In this document: positions 35,931-45,145 of the stretch, one piece after another
How positions within the stretch are numbered: position 1 is the first letter of the stretch
Layout of the letters: each line of letters starts with the position of its first letter
DNA from: an uncultured delta proteobacterium
GTDB taxonomy: Bacteria; Myxococcota_A; Polyangia; Polyangiales; Houyiibacteriaceae
DNA: 64,000 nucleotides
Reading direction: 5' to 3'
NCBI GenBank assembly: GCA_963699755.1
Contig: CAVOVB010000002.1
Coordinates: 480,001-544,000 of the forward strand
Program-made: the position numbers and the translations under genes
The notes under the pieces: generated by a model
Told to the model about the DNA's origin: nothing
Seen by the model: only the letters and a program-made list of their open reading frames with translations
Database searches by the model: none

Positions 35931-38078
35931 ATGACTCGCTGGCTTTGTTTGGGGCTCTTCCTCTGGATCGCGGGCTGTTCGTATGCGCCTGAACCGCTTC
36001 GCTCCACTCCACAGGACTTGAGTCCCTCCTTGATGAGGGCTCCGGCGCTCGATCTCAGGAGGCTGGCCAAGACCGACGATTGCGCCAACTGTCACTCTGA
36101 CGTCGCGTCGCACTGGATGAACAGTGCGCATGCATACGCCTCGTTCGACAATCCCTGGTACCGCGCGAGCATAGATCAATTTCGCGAGCAGCGAGGTGAG
36201 GAGGCAAGTCGTTTCTGTGCAGGCTGCCACGACCCACTTCTCCTGATGTCCGGAGACATCGACCAGGACGTCGTGCCGGACAACGAGCTCGCGTCCGCTG
36301 GCATCACCTGCCTCATCTGCCACAGCGTCGAGTCCACGCGACCCGATGGCAACGCGAGCTTCACTCTCACCGACACGGCCGTCCTCCTGCCAGATCCAGC
36401 GAACCCCGAAGAGATCGAAGCCCACCGTGCGCGGCTCACGCTCGAGCCACTCCGCAGCGCGGCGCTCTGCGGCTCTTGCCACCGTTCTTTTTCGGGCCCG
36501 TCGATCGGCAATGAAAATCACCTTCCCGGAATCGATGACCTCGGCGACTGGGCATCGTCTGCATTCGCTGGCGCGGTGCAAGATCGGCTCACGTCGGTCG
36601 AGCAGGACAACTGTCAGGGCTGCCACATGCCCACTGAGGCTGCATCCGACGCCGAGATGGCCGGAACGATCGACGGAATGGTGAGCAGTCACCGCTGGGC
36701 CGCATCCCATACGGCGATGGCAGCCCAGATGCCAGACCCCAGGCAGGCCGAGCAGGCCAGCACCGAGCTTGAAGGAGCAGTACTGGTCGACATCGGCGCG
36801 GTGCGCGCCGGCCAGCGTCGCTACCTGTTTCCAAGAGAATCGAGGCTCCGGGGCACAGAGCGCCTGGTCTTCGACGTTTTGCTCGAGAACCAACGGGCTG
36901 GCCATCGCTTTCCCGGCGGCGTGCGCGACATGCACGACGTTTGGGTCGAAGTCGAGGTTCGCGACGCATCCGGCGAGTTGCTCGCAGTGTCGCGTCCGAG
37001 CGAGGACGGGAACGACGACCTGTTCGTGCTGCGCGCCACGATTCTCGATGCCGAAGCTAGACCCGAGATTTTGCATCAGGTGCACCGTTTCTCGGCGCCG
37101 GCTTTCGACCGGACGCTACCCGCCCAGGAGGCACAGGCCGTTCGCTACTCGATGACTCTTCCGCAACGGCTCGAGCTCCCGCTGCGGGTCGATGCGCGGT
37201 TGCTGCACCGCAAGCACAGCCTGGAGTTCCAAGCATTGGCCTGTGAAGCCAGTCGCACGGAGCGGGGCGTCGACTTCGCCAAGAGTGCCGAGAAGCACGG
37301 CAAGGTCGCCCTCGATCCTTGCCTCGAGCAGCCAATCACCGAGGTCGGCGCTGCAACGGTCTGGATGGGGCATGGGGCGGGTGAGCACGAAGCAAGCGGA
37401 GGCGCGGGGCGGCCCTTCGTCGAACGTTTGCTCACACAATCCCTCGCGCTCCTGCACTCCAAACAAGAGCACGTGCACGTCGCGAAGCCGAGCATCGAGC
37501 GCGCGCTCCGCTTGGCGTCCGAATCGCAATCCCCGATCCTGCAAGCTCAGGCCCTCGTGTTGCGGGCGCGTCTCTCCTCGATGCAGGGGAGAGCGGACGA
37601 GGCCGCTGCGTTTGCCCGGCGTGCCGAAGCGCTCGTCGGACCGAACCCCGTGCTCGATCGCGTGCGGGGAGACGCCTACGCCCGGGTGTGGCGCTGGCGA
37701 GCAGCAGCAGACGCCTATCAGCGCGTCGCCCAGGTCGCACCCCTCGACTGGCGCATCTGGCGAGACCTCGCTCGGGCCTATGGAAGCCTCTCCGATGAGC
37801 TAAATGCCCTATCCGCTGCGGAGACCGGCCTCCGCTTAGCGCCACGCGACGAAAGCCTCTTGCGGAGTCGAGCCCTTGCCCTCGAAGGCCTTGGCCGTCC
37901 GGACGCGGCGTCTGCGAAACAGCGATGGCTCGCGCATCGGTCCCCAGACGCGCAGCCGAAGCTTCTCGCCGCCTGTGAGGAAGAACACCAGAGGTGCCGT
38001 CGGGACCGGCAACCGATACCGCACTACAGGCTCTCACCCCCTCGAAAAGCGATTCACGCGCGCGTCGATCCCGGATAG
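35931..38078 (+). CDS. Pentaheme c-type cytochrome lipoprotein with TPR-like C-terminus
   Basis: Lipobox IAGC; CANCH, CAGCH, CLICH, CGSCH, CQGCH; AGHRFPGG motif; TPR-like helices. Confidence 0.85.
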   Translation: MTRWLCLGLFLWIAGCSYAPEPLRSTPQDLSPSLMRAPALDLRRLAKTDDCANCHSDVASHWMNSAHAYASFDNPWYRASIDQFREQRGEEASRFCAGCHDPLLLMSGDIDQDVVPDNELASAGITCLICHSVESTRPDGNASFTLTDTAVLLPDPANPEEIEAHRARLTLEPLRSAALCGSCHRSFSGPSIGNENHLPGIDDLGDWASSAFAGAVQDRLTSVEQDNCQGCHMPTEAASDAEMAGTIDGMVSSHRWAASHTAMAAQMPDPRQAEQASTELEGAVLVDIGAVRAGQRRYLFPRESRLRGTERLVFDVLLENQRAGHRFPGGVRDMHDVWVEVEVRDASGELLAVSRPSEDGNDDLFVLRATILDAEARPEILHQVHRFSAPAFDRTLPAQEAQAVRYSMTLPQRLELPLRVDARLLHRKHSLEFQALACEASRTERGVDFAKSAEKHGKVALDPCLEQPITEVGAATVWMGHGAGEHEASGGAGRPFVERLLTQSLALLHSKQEHVHVAKPSIERALRLASESQSPILQAQALVLRARLSSMQGRADEAAAFARRAEALVGPNPVLDRVRGDAYARVWRWRAAADAYQRVAQVAPLDWRIWRDLARAYGSLSDELNALSAAETGLRLAPRDESLLRSRALALEGLGRPDAASAKQRWLAHRSPDAQPKLLAACEEEHQRCRRDRQPIPHYRLSPPRKAIHARVDPG

Positions 38079-38087
38079 GATAGAGCG

Positions 38088-38327
38088 ATGTCGAAGCGCT
38101 ATCAGAAGAAGAGCTCCGCCGGCAAGAAGCGCGAGAAGAAGGGTCATGGCCCGTCCCGCAACACGGTTGGGGGACAAACCACGGGCGTCATGGGCAACAT
38201 GATCGGCGGCTTTCGTCGGGCTGTGGGCTCGGAGACCTCGAAAGACGGCAAGAGTGGAAGTCTGCTCTGGACGGCAGTCCTCGTGACGGCCGCCATCGCG
38301 ATCATTGCTTGGAACTTCGCACGCTAG
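38088..38327 (+). CDS. Small basic protein with C-terminal membrane anchor
   Basis: Lys/Arg-rich N-terminus and one C-terminal TM ([17 protein letters not shown]); follows the cytochrome gene by 9 nt. Confidence 0.65.
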   Translation: MSKRYQKKSSAGKKREKKGHGPSRNTVGGQTTGVMGNMIGGFRRAVGSETSKDGKSGSLLWTAVLVTAAIAIIAWNFAR

Positions 38328-39424
38328 TCTCGGATCGCACGCCAGCGCAACCAGTGGTCGGCCAGCACGAGGGCGACCATCGCCTCAGCCATTGGAACGA
38401 AGCGGGGCAGCAGGCAGGGGTCGTGACGGCCGGTCGTGCGAATCGTCGTCCCGTCGCCAGCTGACGTCACCGTGTCCTGGCTTCGTGGAAGACTGCTGGT
38501 TGGTTTCACGGCCGCGCGGAGGACGATCGGCATTCCACTGGAAATCCCACCAAGCATGCCGCCATGACGATTGCTGCGTGTGCGGATGACGCCTTGTGCG
38601 TCGGTTTCGAATGCGTCGTTGTTCTCGCTGCCGCGCGCGGTGGCAACCGCAAAGCCTGCGCCGTACTCGACACCCAACACCGCGGGCAAACTGAACAGGG
38701 CCTTGCCGAGGTCGGCCTTGAGCTTGTCGAAAACCGGCTCACCCAATCCCGCAGGTACGTTCCGCGCGACGATTTCAGCGACCCCTCCGATCGAGTCTTG
38801 GTCTTTTCGCATCTTCTCGATGAGCTTGACCATCCGCTCCGCCGCCGCAGGATCGGGACAGCGAACGATGTTCGGCTCCCCGTCGGGGAGCTTTTCGACC
38901 TGATCGAGTGCAACCGCCGGAGGAATCGCGGCTTTGATGTCCCCAACTTGCGTCACATAGCCGAGCACCTCACCGCCGAAAGCATGGGCGATGAGCTTCT
39001 TCGCGACGGCGCCCGCCGCCACTCTTGCGACGGTCTCCCGCGCGCTGCTGCGACCGCCTCCGCGATAATCTCGGCGACCGAACTTCGCATCAAAGGTGTA
39101 GTCGGCATGCCCTGGTCGGTACACGTCCTTGAGGTTGCTGTAGTCCCGCGCGCGCTGGTCCTCGTTCCGGACGATGATCGCGATGGGCGTGCCGGTCGTC
39201 ACGCCCTCGAATACCCCGGAGAGGATCTCTGGCGCGTCGGGCTCCTTTCGCTGCGTGACGATCTTGCTCTGGCCGGGTCGGCGCCGCTTCAGGTCGGGAA
39301 CGATGTCTTCTTCGGTGAGCGGAAGCCCCGGAGGACATCCGTCGATGATCACCACGTTCGCGGGGCCGTGGCTCTCGCCCGCGGTGGTCACGCGGAAGGC
39401 TCGCCCGAACGTACTACCAGCCAT
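38324..39424 (-). CDS. aroC: Chorismate synthase
   Basis: [39 protein letters not shown]. Confidence 0.96.
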   Translation of the reverse strand: MAGSTFGRAFRVTTAGESHGPANVVIIDGCPPGLPLTEEDIVPDLKRRRPGQSKIVTQRKEPDAPEILSGVFEGVTTGTPIAIIVRNEDQRARDYSNLKDVYRPGHADYTFDAKFGRRDYRGGGRSSARETVARVAAGAVAKKLIAHAFGGEVLGYVTQVGDIKAAIPPAVALDQVEKLPDGEPNIVRCPDPAAAERMVKLIEKMRKDQDSIGGVAEIVARNVPAGLGEPVFDKLKADLGKALFSLPAVLGVEYGAGFAVATARGSENNDAFETDAQGVIRTRSNRHGGMLGGISSGMPIVLRAAVKPTSSLPRSQDTVTSAGDGTTIRTTGRHDPCLLPRFVPMAEAMVALVLADHWLRWRAIRD

Positions 39425-39430
39425 GAGAGC

Positions 39431-40204
39431 TCACTTGTGGGAGCCCGCGTGACGGCCGATGGCACGCCCGACGAAAAACGGACCCATCTGTTGAATGTAT
39501 TGCGACGTCTGCACCGTGCCTCGCATCGACTGCACCACGTGCGAAAGCGGATGGAGCTCCGCGCCGATCAATCCGATCAGGAACTCGTTGTCGTTGGTGT
39601 CGAGACCGTGGCATGCAAGGCGCACGTCGTGCGCGAGATCTTGTTCACCGTACGCGCGGCCGATCGTCGCGTGCTCGCGAAGGATACCGCCCTTCTCTCT
39701 TCCTTCGAGCTGTTCGAAGGCGCCAGTACGGCGGAGCGGATACCAGACCGCCCAGTTCCATTGCGGATTGAGAACCGTCTGCCTCGGGCGATCGAGGAGC
39801 CAGAATTCGAGGTCCTGCTCGTAGCCGCTGCTGTAGGTCCGGCCGATCATCGTGAGCTCGGGGCGAAGCGTCCAATCGCGCAGAGGGGCCGCCTCGAACA
39901 GGGGTCGAACCGAATCTACGAAGAGCGCCGGGTTCTCGCTGAAGGTCAGCAGGGCGACCCCGCGCGGGTCGTTGGCGTCCGCGTACACGACCGCGGAGAT
40001 GTCGGCTTCTTTCAAGGCGGCGAGCAATGCCTCTTGGTTGGCGGCCACCGAAGTGCCGGCGGGCACCTGAAAAACCAGCAACTGCATGAAGAGCCGCCGA
40101 TCCATGAGCTGGGGCTCGCCGTCTTTTGGAGCGCCCCGCTCACGCGTGTCGATCGTTGGCAAACCGGCGGGCGCGCCGCCGTGTTGTCCGTGCGAATTGG
40201 CCAT
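39431..40204 (-). CDS. Chlorite dismutase / coproheme decarboxylase (ChdC/HemQ) family protein
   Basis: WAVWYPLRR, ILREHATIGRAY (proximal His), HGLDTNDNEF, GPFFVG. Confidence 0.8.
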   Translation of the reverse strand: MANSHGQHGGAPAGLPTIDTRERGAPKDGEPQLMDRRLFMQLLVFQVPAGTSVAANQEALLAALKEADISAVVYADANDPRGVALLTFSENPALFVDSVRPLFEAAPLRDWTLRPELTMIGRTYSSGYEQDLEFWLLDRPRQTVLNPQWNWAVWYPLRRTGAFEQLEGREKGGILREHATIGRAYGEQDLAHDVRLACHGLDTNDNEFLIGLIGAELHPLSHVVQSMRGTVQTSQYIQQMGPFFVGRAIGRHAGSHK

Positions 40205-40261
40205 GGGGGACTCATAGCGCTTTTGCCGCCCCTCTGCACAGTGTAGGCTTGCGCGGTTGTC

Positions 40262-41014
40262 ATGATGCGCGCCTTCAAGATCCTAGCGGCCGTACTCATC
40301 TTAGCGCTCCTAGGCCTCGTCGTGCTGGGCTATTCGCTCAACGAACCCAGACCTCAGGGCCAGCCTGGGTCGGAAGCGGATGCGCTCGCCCGATCGATGG
40401 AGGCCGCGGTCCACAAAGAGGACTGGGATCGAACCGGGGCCGTCCGCTGGTCGTTTTTCGAGCGGCATCACTATGTCTGGGATCGCGAGCGCGGTCTGGT
40501 CGAGCTCCGCTGGGGCGATTCCCGTGCCCTTTTCCGTACCGCGGATCAGACTGGTCGCGCCTGGCGAGCCGGCGTGGAGCAAACGGGTGAAGACGCGACG
40601 AAGGCACTGCGCGCTGCCTATGCGTATTGGATCAACGACGCGTTTTGGCTCAACCCGGTGGTCAAGTTCTTCGACCCCGGGGTCGAGCGCTCGCTCGTAA
40701 AGCTCGACGACGGCCGCAATGCCCTTCTCGTGAGCTACAGCTCAGGCGGCGTGACGCCCGGGGATGCGTATTTATGGACCGCTGACGACGAGGGTCTACC
40801 CGAAGCCTGGCGCATGTGGGTCCAGATCATCCCCATCGGCGGGATCGAAACCAGCTGGGAGGGCTGGATCGAGCTCAGCACCGGCGCGAAGGTCTCCACG
40901 CAACACGAAGGCTGGGGTCGTATGATGACCTTCATCAGCAACGTCGAAGGCGCGGAGAATCTGGACGCGCTCGGGGTAGGGCCTGGCTTGTTCGATCCCT
41001 TGTTTCAGGACTGA
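40262..41014 (+). CDS. Conserved hypothetical exported protein
   Basis: N-terminal TM; Trp-rich motifs (AYAYWINDAFWL, GGVTPGDAYLW, WRMWVQIIPIGG). Confidence 0.8.
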   Translation: MMRAFKILAAVLILALLGLVVLGYSLNEPRPQGQPGSEADALARSMEAAVHKEDWDRTGAVRWSFFERHHYVWDRERGLVELRWGDSRALFRTADQTGRAWRAGVEQTGEDATKALRAAYAYWINDAFWLNPVVKFFDPGVERSLVKLDDGRNALLVSYSSGGVTPGDAYLWTADDEGLPEAWRMWVQIIPIGGIETSWEGWIELSTGAKVSTQHEGWGRMMTFISNVEGAENLDALGVGPGLFDPLFQD

Positions 41015-41889
41015 AGACGGCGAGTCAGGCTGAAAACGCCGAGAATGACGAGGAGCGCGCCGAGGATGCTGATCGCGTTCGGGTACTCCCCGAAGAACAA
41101 GACCCCCCAGCTGTAGGCGAGAACGATCTGCAGGTAGGTAACCGCGGACGCCCTTCCGGCGGTTTCGAGCTTGAAGCCTTTGGTGATTTCGATTTGGCCG
41201 AGCTGCGCTGCGACGCCAATACCTAAGAGGAGAAGCCACTCGACGCCTTCGGGAAGCACCAAGCCCTCGAGGGCCAAGAGCGGCAAGGACGCAGGGCCGG
41301 TGACGAGCGGGAAGTAGAGAACGACGACCATGTGGTGTTCAGTCGAGCCTAGACGACGGATCACGACGTATGCGACCGCCGAAAAGATCGCGCCGACGAT
41401 ACCGATCATGACGGCGACTGGATCCAACGCCGCGCCGCCGGAAAACAGAAACGTCGGCTGCGCGACGAGCACGACGCCCACCATGCTGAACAGCGTCGCG
41501 AAGATGTCGAGGCCACGGAGAGGCTCCTTGAGCGCGACGGCCGCAATGAGCGCCGCCAGCATCGGATTGCAGAACTGAATCACCGTGGCGTCGGCGAGCG
41601 GCAGATGGTTGATCGCGTAGAAGTAGCAGCTCAGGCCCATGAAACCTGCGAAGCCGCGGATTAGGAGAAGCCTCTTGTTGTTGCCCCAGGGGTAGATCCC
41701 GAGGCCGCGAATCGCCCACCAGCTCATGACGAGAGTCACGAGCACCCGGGCGAGAACGAGCTCCATCGTCGGCAGGCGCTCGCCCGCGAACTTTGCAAAC
41801 ACGGTCATCGCGCTGAAAAACAGCGTGCCCAGCAACATGTGGCGAATCCCGGGCGTGATGCGATGCCATAGTGGGAAGACGGCCGGCAC
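41005..41889 (-). CDS. DMT (EamA) family transporter
   Basis: About ten TMs, RGFAG, YFYAINHLPLADA, LKEPL, LQIVLA..WGVLFFGE. Start uncertain (41889 or 41838). Confidence 0.88.
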   Translation of the reverse strand: MPAVFPLWHRITPGIRHMLLGTLFFSAMTVFAKFAGERLPTMELVLARVLVTLVMSWWAIRGLGIYPWGNNKRLLLIRGFAGFMGLSCYFYAINHLPLADATVIQFCNPMLAALIAAVALKEPLRGLDIFATLFSMVGVVLVAQPTFLFSGGAALDPVAVMIGIVGAIFSAVAYVVIRRLGSTEHHMVVVLYFPLVTGPASLPLLALEGLVLPEGVEWLLLLGIGVAAQLGQIEITKGFKLETAGRASAVTYLQIVLAYSWGVLFFGEYPNAISILGALLVILGVFSLTRRLQS

Positions 41890-41944
41890 CCCGCGCGTTC
41901 TGCCTGGTAATGCGCAGGGCGCAAGCGGGTGATAGGAGAGCCGC

Positions 41945-42520
41945 ATGAGAACGCTTACGAGAAGCTTCGCGCAGGGGCTCCTGGTCCTTGCACCGGTCGC
42001 CATCACCATCTGGGTCGTCGTGTTCGTCGTGACGACGCTCGACAGCTGGCTCAACACTCGGATTCCGGGGCTCGGGATCATGATCGCCGCCGCTGGGATC
42101 ACGCTGATCGGCTATCTGGCCGGGAATGTGGTTGGAGACAGGCTGATCTCGCGCTTGGAGGCGGGCATGCGACGTGTGCCGCTCGTTCGGATTCTCTACA
42201 ACTCGCTCAGAGATCTGTTCGGCGCGTTCGTCGGAAGCAAGCGCAAGTTCGATAAGCCGGTCGCGGTCGAGGTCAACCGACACGGACTCAAGGTGCTCGG
42301 CTTTCTCACCAACGAGCGCTTCGACGACCCGCATCTAGCAGGACACGTCTCGGTGTACCTGCCGGAGTCCTATAACTTCGCAGGTAACTTGATCGTCGTC
42401 CCGCGAGAACGCGTGCACCTGCTCGACGCCGACGGCGCGGAGTTCATGGCGTTCATCGTGTCGGGTGGCGTGACCGAGATGAATGCCGCGAAGACGGTGG
42501 TCGACGGCCAGACGGTGTGA
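41945..42520 (+). CDS. DUF502 domain membrane protein
   Basis: FAQGLLVLAPVAIT, RVPLVRILY, VYLPESYN..G, FIVSGG. Confidence 0.88.
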   Translation: MRTLTRSFAQGLLVLAPVAITIWVVVFVVTTLDSWLNTRIPGLGIMIAAAGITLIGYLAGNVVGDRLISRLEAGMRRVPLVRILYNSLRDLFGAFVGSKRKFDKPVAVEVNRHGLKVLGFLTNERFDDPHLAGHVSVYLPESYNFAGNLIVVPRERVHLLDADGAEFMAFIVSGGVTEMNAAKTVVDGQTV

Positions 42521-42611
42521 CGATGGCGCTTGCACCGCGCAGAGACGCCGCCTCGCACCGTCCACGGGGCTTCGCTGGCGCTCGCGCTGATTGAGGATAT
42601 CCTCCAACCCC

Positions 42612-43076
42612 ATGCCAGAAACCATTTTCGAATCGCCCCACGACCTCAAAGGCGCTATCGGCAGGCACCTCGGCTACAGCGCCTGGATGACGATGGAGCA
42701 GGACCGCGTTGACAAGTTCGCGGACGCGACCAACGACCACCAGTGGATTCACGTCGACGTGGAGCGGGCCAAGACGGGGCCGTTCGGTGCGACGATCGCG
42801 CACGGTTATCTGACCCTTTCTCTCGTGAGCTCCTTCATGCCTGAGATCTTCGAGGTGCGCGGCTTCGAGTTCGCAGTGAACTACGGCACCAACAAGGTGC
42901 GCTTCCCGGCCCCGGTGAAGGTCGGTCAACGAATTCGCGGAGGCGCAGAGGTCCTCTCCGTCGAAGAGTCGAAAGGTGGCATCCTTTCAGTGGTTCGCGT
43001 GACCGTCGAAATCGAGGACGAAGACCGACCTGCCTGCATCGCAGAGACCGTGAGCCTCTACTTCCCGAAGAAGTAG
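42612..43076 (+). CDS. MaoC-family dehydratase
   Basis: FADATNDHQWIHVDVERA, PFGATIAHGYLTLSL, NYGTNKVRFPAPV. Confidence 0.92.
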   Translation: MPETIFESPHDLKGAIGRHLGYSAWMTMEQDRVDKFADATNDHQWIHVDVERAKTGPFGATIAHGYLTLSLVSSFMPEIFEVRGFEFAVNYGTNKVRFPAPVKVGQRIRGGAEVLSVEESKGGILSVVRVTVEIEDEDRPACIAETVSLYFPKK

Positions 43077-43226
43077 AGATGAAAAACGACGCCCCGACGC
43101 TCAGTGGCCGCTGAAACTCGGCACTCGACGGACTCCTTTTTCCTTTGCAGGTCGAAAAGATGTTACAAAAGGGGCCGCTCGCAGGCACTTTGCTGTCCTG
43201 CACAAGGGGAACGGGAGGAGAGCTCT

Positions 43227-44921
43227 ATGGAGACGAATCGCCCAAGGAGGCTGAACCGGGGTTGGGTTGGAATGTTGGCGGCTTTGGCGATGGTGATTTC
43301 GTCAAACGCAGCGGCGCAGCTGCCGCAGCAGATCGACCTCAATCAGTTCCGACCGGCGGAGCTCGCGACGGACGGCTTTGCGTCCAGCACGCCCGACGGC
43401 CAAGGCCATGCGCGCTTCGGCTTCCAGGTCTGGCTCGACTACTCCGACGATCCGCTCAGAGTCAATGGTACGGAAATCGTGCACCAACAGTTGACTGGTC
43501 ACCTGATGCTGAGCCTGGGCCTCGCGGATCACATCGTGATCTTCGCGGACATGCCCTACCACTTCATGATCAAGGATCCGACCAACAGCGGCGCCTTCAA
43601 GAAATCAAACCTGGGCGACCTCTACTTCGGTGGGCGATTCAACTTCTTGGGCACCCGAGACGATGTCTTCCAGATCGGCGCCCAAGCTACGCTCACGATC
43701 AACACCGCTTCGTTGGCCAGCAGTGATCAGTCCTTCGCGGGACAAGCCGACCAGAAGCCCTACCTGGGGGGCTGGTTCGAGCTCCTTCTCAACTTCAACG
43801 CGGGCGACTACGTTCGAATCCCGATCCAGGCAGGCTACAAGATCGGGCCTGAGCGTGGGGGTCCTGCACTATTCGTCGGAAACGAGTTCACCTATGGAGG
43901 CGGTGTCTTGCTCATGCTGGGGGACGACCATTTCATGATCTCGGCTGAAGCCTTCGGACGAACCGCCGCGAATCCCACCGTGAAGATGTGGTCGAAGAAC
44001 GAGACACCAGTAGAGGTCCTCGGTGGCTTCAAATGGCTCCCGGACTTTGGGTTCACGCTCGGCGTGGGCGGCAGCGCGGGGGTCACGGCCGGCTACGGGG
44101 CGCCAGATTGGCGCGTCTTTGCCATGCTTGGCTACACGATGCCAGCCGAGGAGAAGGCGCCGGACGCCGACGGAGACGGAATCCCGGACGAGCTCGATCA
44201 GTGCCCGAACGAGGCAGAGGATGAGGACGGCTTCCAAGACGACGACGGTTGCCCGGACCTGGACAACGACGGAGATGGCGTTTCCGACCTCGACGACAAA
44301 TGTCCGGGCCAAGCCGAAGACATCGACGGCTTCGAGGACCAAGACGGCTGTCCCGATCCGGACAATGATGGCGACGGCATTCTCGATGCCGACGACCAGT
44401 GTCCGAACGAGGCCGGCGCACCGGAGAACAACGGCTGTCCCGACCCGGATCGCGATGGCGACGGCGTCCCCGATCGCATCGACAACTGCCCAGACGACCC
44501 CGGTACTCCGGAGAACCAAGGCTGCCAGGCAAAGCAGCTCGTCGTCATCGGGGCGGGCCAACTCGAGATTCTCGAGAAGGTCTACTTCAAGACGGGTAGC
44601 GCCAAGCTCCAGAAGCGTTCTTGGGCGCTGCTCGACAACGTCGCCGCGGTCCTGATCGCCCACCCAGAGATCAAGAAGATCCGCGTGGAGGGTCATACGG
44701 ACAGGACGGGCAGCCTCAAGTACAATATGATCCTGTCGAAGAAGCGCGCCGACACGGTGGTTCGCTACCTCGTCGGTAGAGGTCACGTCAGCAGGTCGCG
44801 ACTGGTCGCACAGGGCTTCGGACCGAAGAAGCCGCTGGTGCCGAACGCAGAGACGAAGGAAGAGCAGGCGATGAACCGCCGCGTCGAGTTCCACATCGTC
44901 AATAAGGCAGAGAAGGACTAG
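43227..44921 (+). CDS. OmpA-family outer membrane protein with thrombospondin type-3 repeats (TraB-like architecture)
   Basis: Signal peptide, beta-barrel-like N-terminus, DxDGDG..D..DxCP repeats, OmpA_C (EGHTD, LSKKRA, NRRVEF); SD GGAGG. Confidence 0.9.
   Translation: METNRPRRLNRGWVGMLAALAMVISSNAAAQLPQQIDLNQFRPAELATDGFASSTPDGQGHARFGFQVWLDYSDDPLRVNGTEIVHQQLTGHLMLSLGLADHIVIFADMPYHFMIKDPTNSGAFKKSNLGDLYFGGRFNFLGTRDDVFQIGAQATLTINTASLASSDQSFAGQADQKPYLGGWFELLLNFNAGDYVRIPIQAGYKIGPERGGPALFVGNEFTYGGGVLLMLGDDHFMISAEAFGRTAANPTVKMWSKNETPVEVLGGFKWLPDFGFTLGVGGSAGVTAGYGAPDWRVFAMLGYTMPAEEKAPDADGDGIPDELDQCPNEAEDEDGFQDDDGCPDLDNDGDGVSDLDDKCPGQAEDIDGFEDQDGCPDPDNDGDGILDADDQCPNEAGAPENNGCPDPDRDGDGVPDRIDNCPDDPGTPENQGCQAKQLVVIGAGQLEILEKVYFKTGSAKLQKRSWALLDNVAAVLIAHPEIKKIRVEGHTDRTGSLKYNMILSKKRADTVVRYLVGRGHVSRSRLVAQGFGPKKPLVPNAETKEEQAMNRRVEFHIVNKAEKD
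44163..44525 (+). repeat. Thrombospondin type-3-like Ca-binding repeats (in-frame)
   Basis: Four DxDGDG(I/V)xDxxDxCP units, each followed by a linker ending in GC. Confidence 0.85.
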
Positions 44922-44942
44922 CCTCTTACGGCAAGACAGATA

Positions 44943-44980
44943 GCGGGCTCCGAGCGAAAGTTCGGGGCCCGTTTCGTTTC
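44943..44980 (+). terminator. Rho-independent terminator
   Basis: GCGGGCTCCGAGC-GAAA-GTTCGGGGCCCGT stem-loop followed by TTCGTTTC, 21 nt after the OmpA stop. Confidence 0.8.
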
Positions 44981-45145
44981 AGCGGACTTCGGTGAACAAG
45001 ACTTCAGGGCGACGCCGTCAGAAAGCAAGCTCCGGAATCGCGAACCCGCGCTTCCTACCCCGTCGCCCCCACCGAGCGCCTGAGCCGAGCCTTTCGACGG
45101 AGCCCCATGGAGCGCTTCTTCCGCGCCCCGGTTCTTCAATCGACT

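Noticed and set aside
38564..40246. 560-aa plus-strand ORF
   Set aside because: Antisense to aroC and the ChdC-like gene, both of which have clear family motifs.
44163..44525. CRISPR-like repeat array
   Set aside because: Repeats are degenerate, in-frame and encode TSP3 motifs; no constant repeats with unique spacers and no cas genes.
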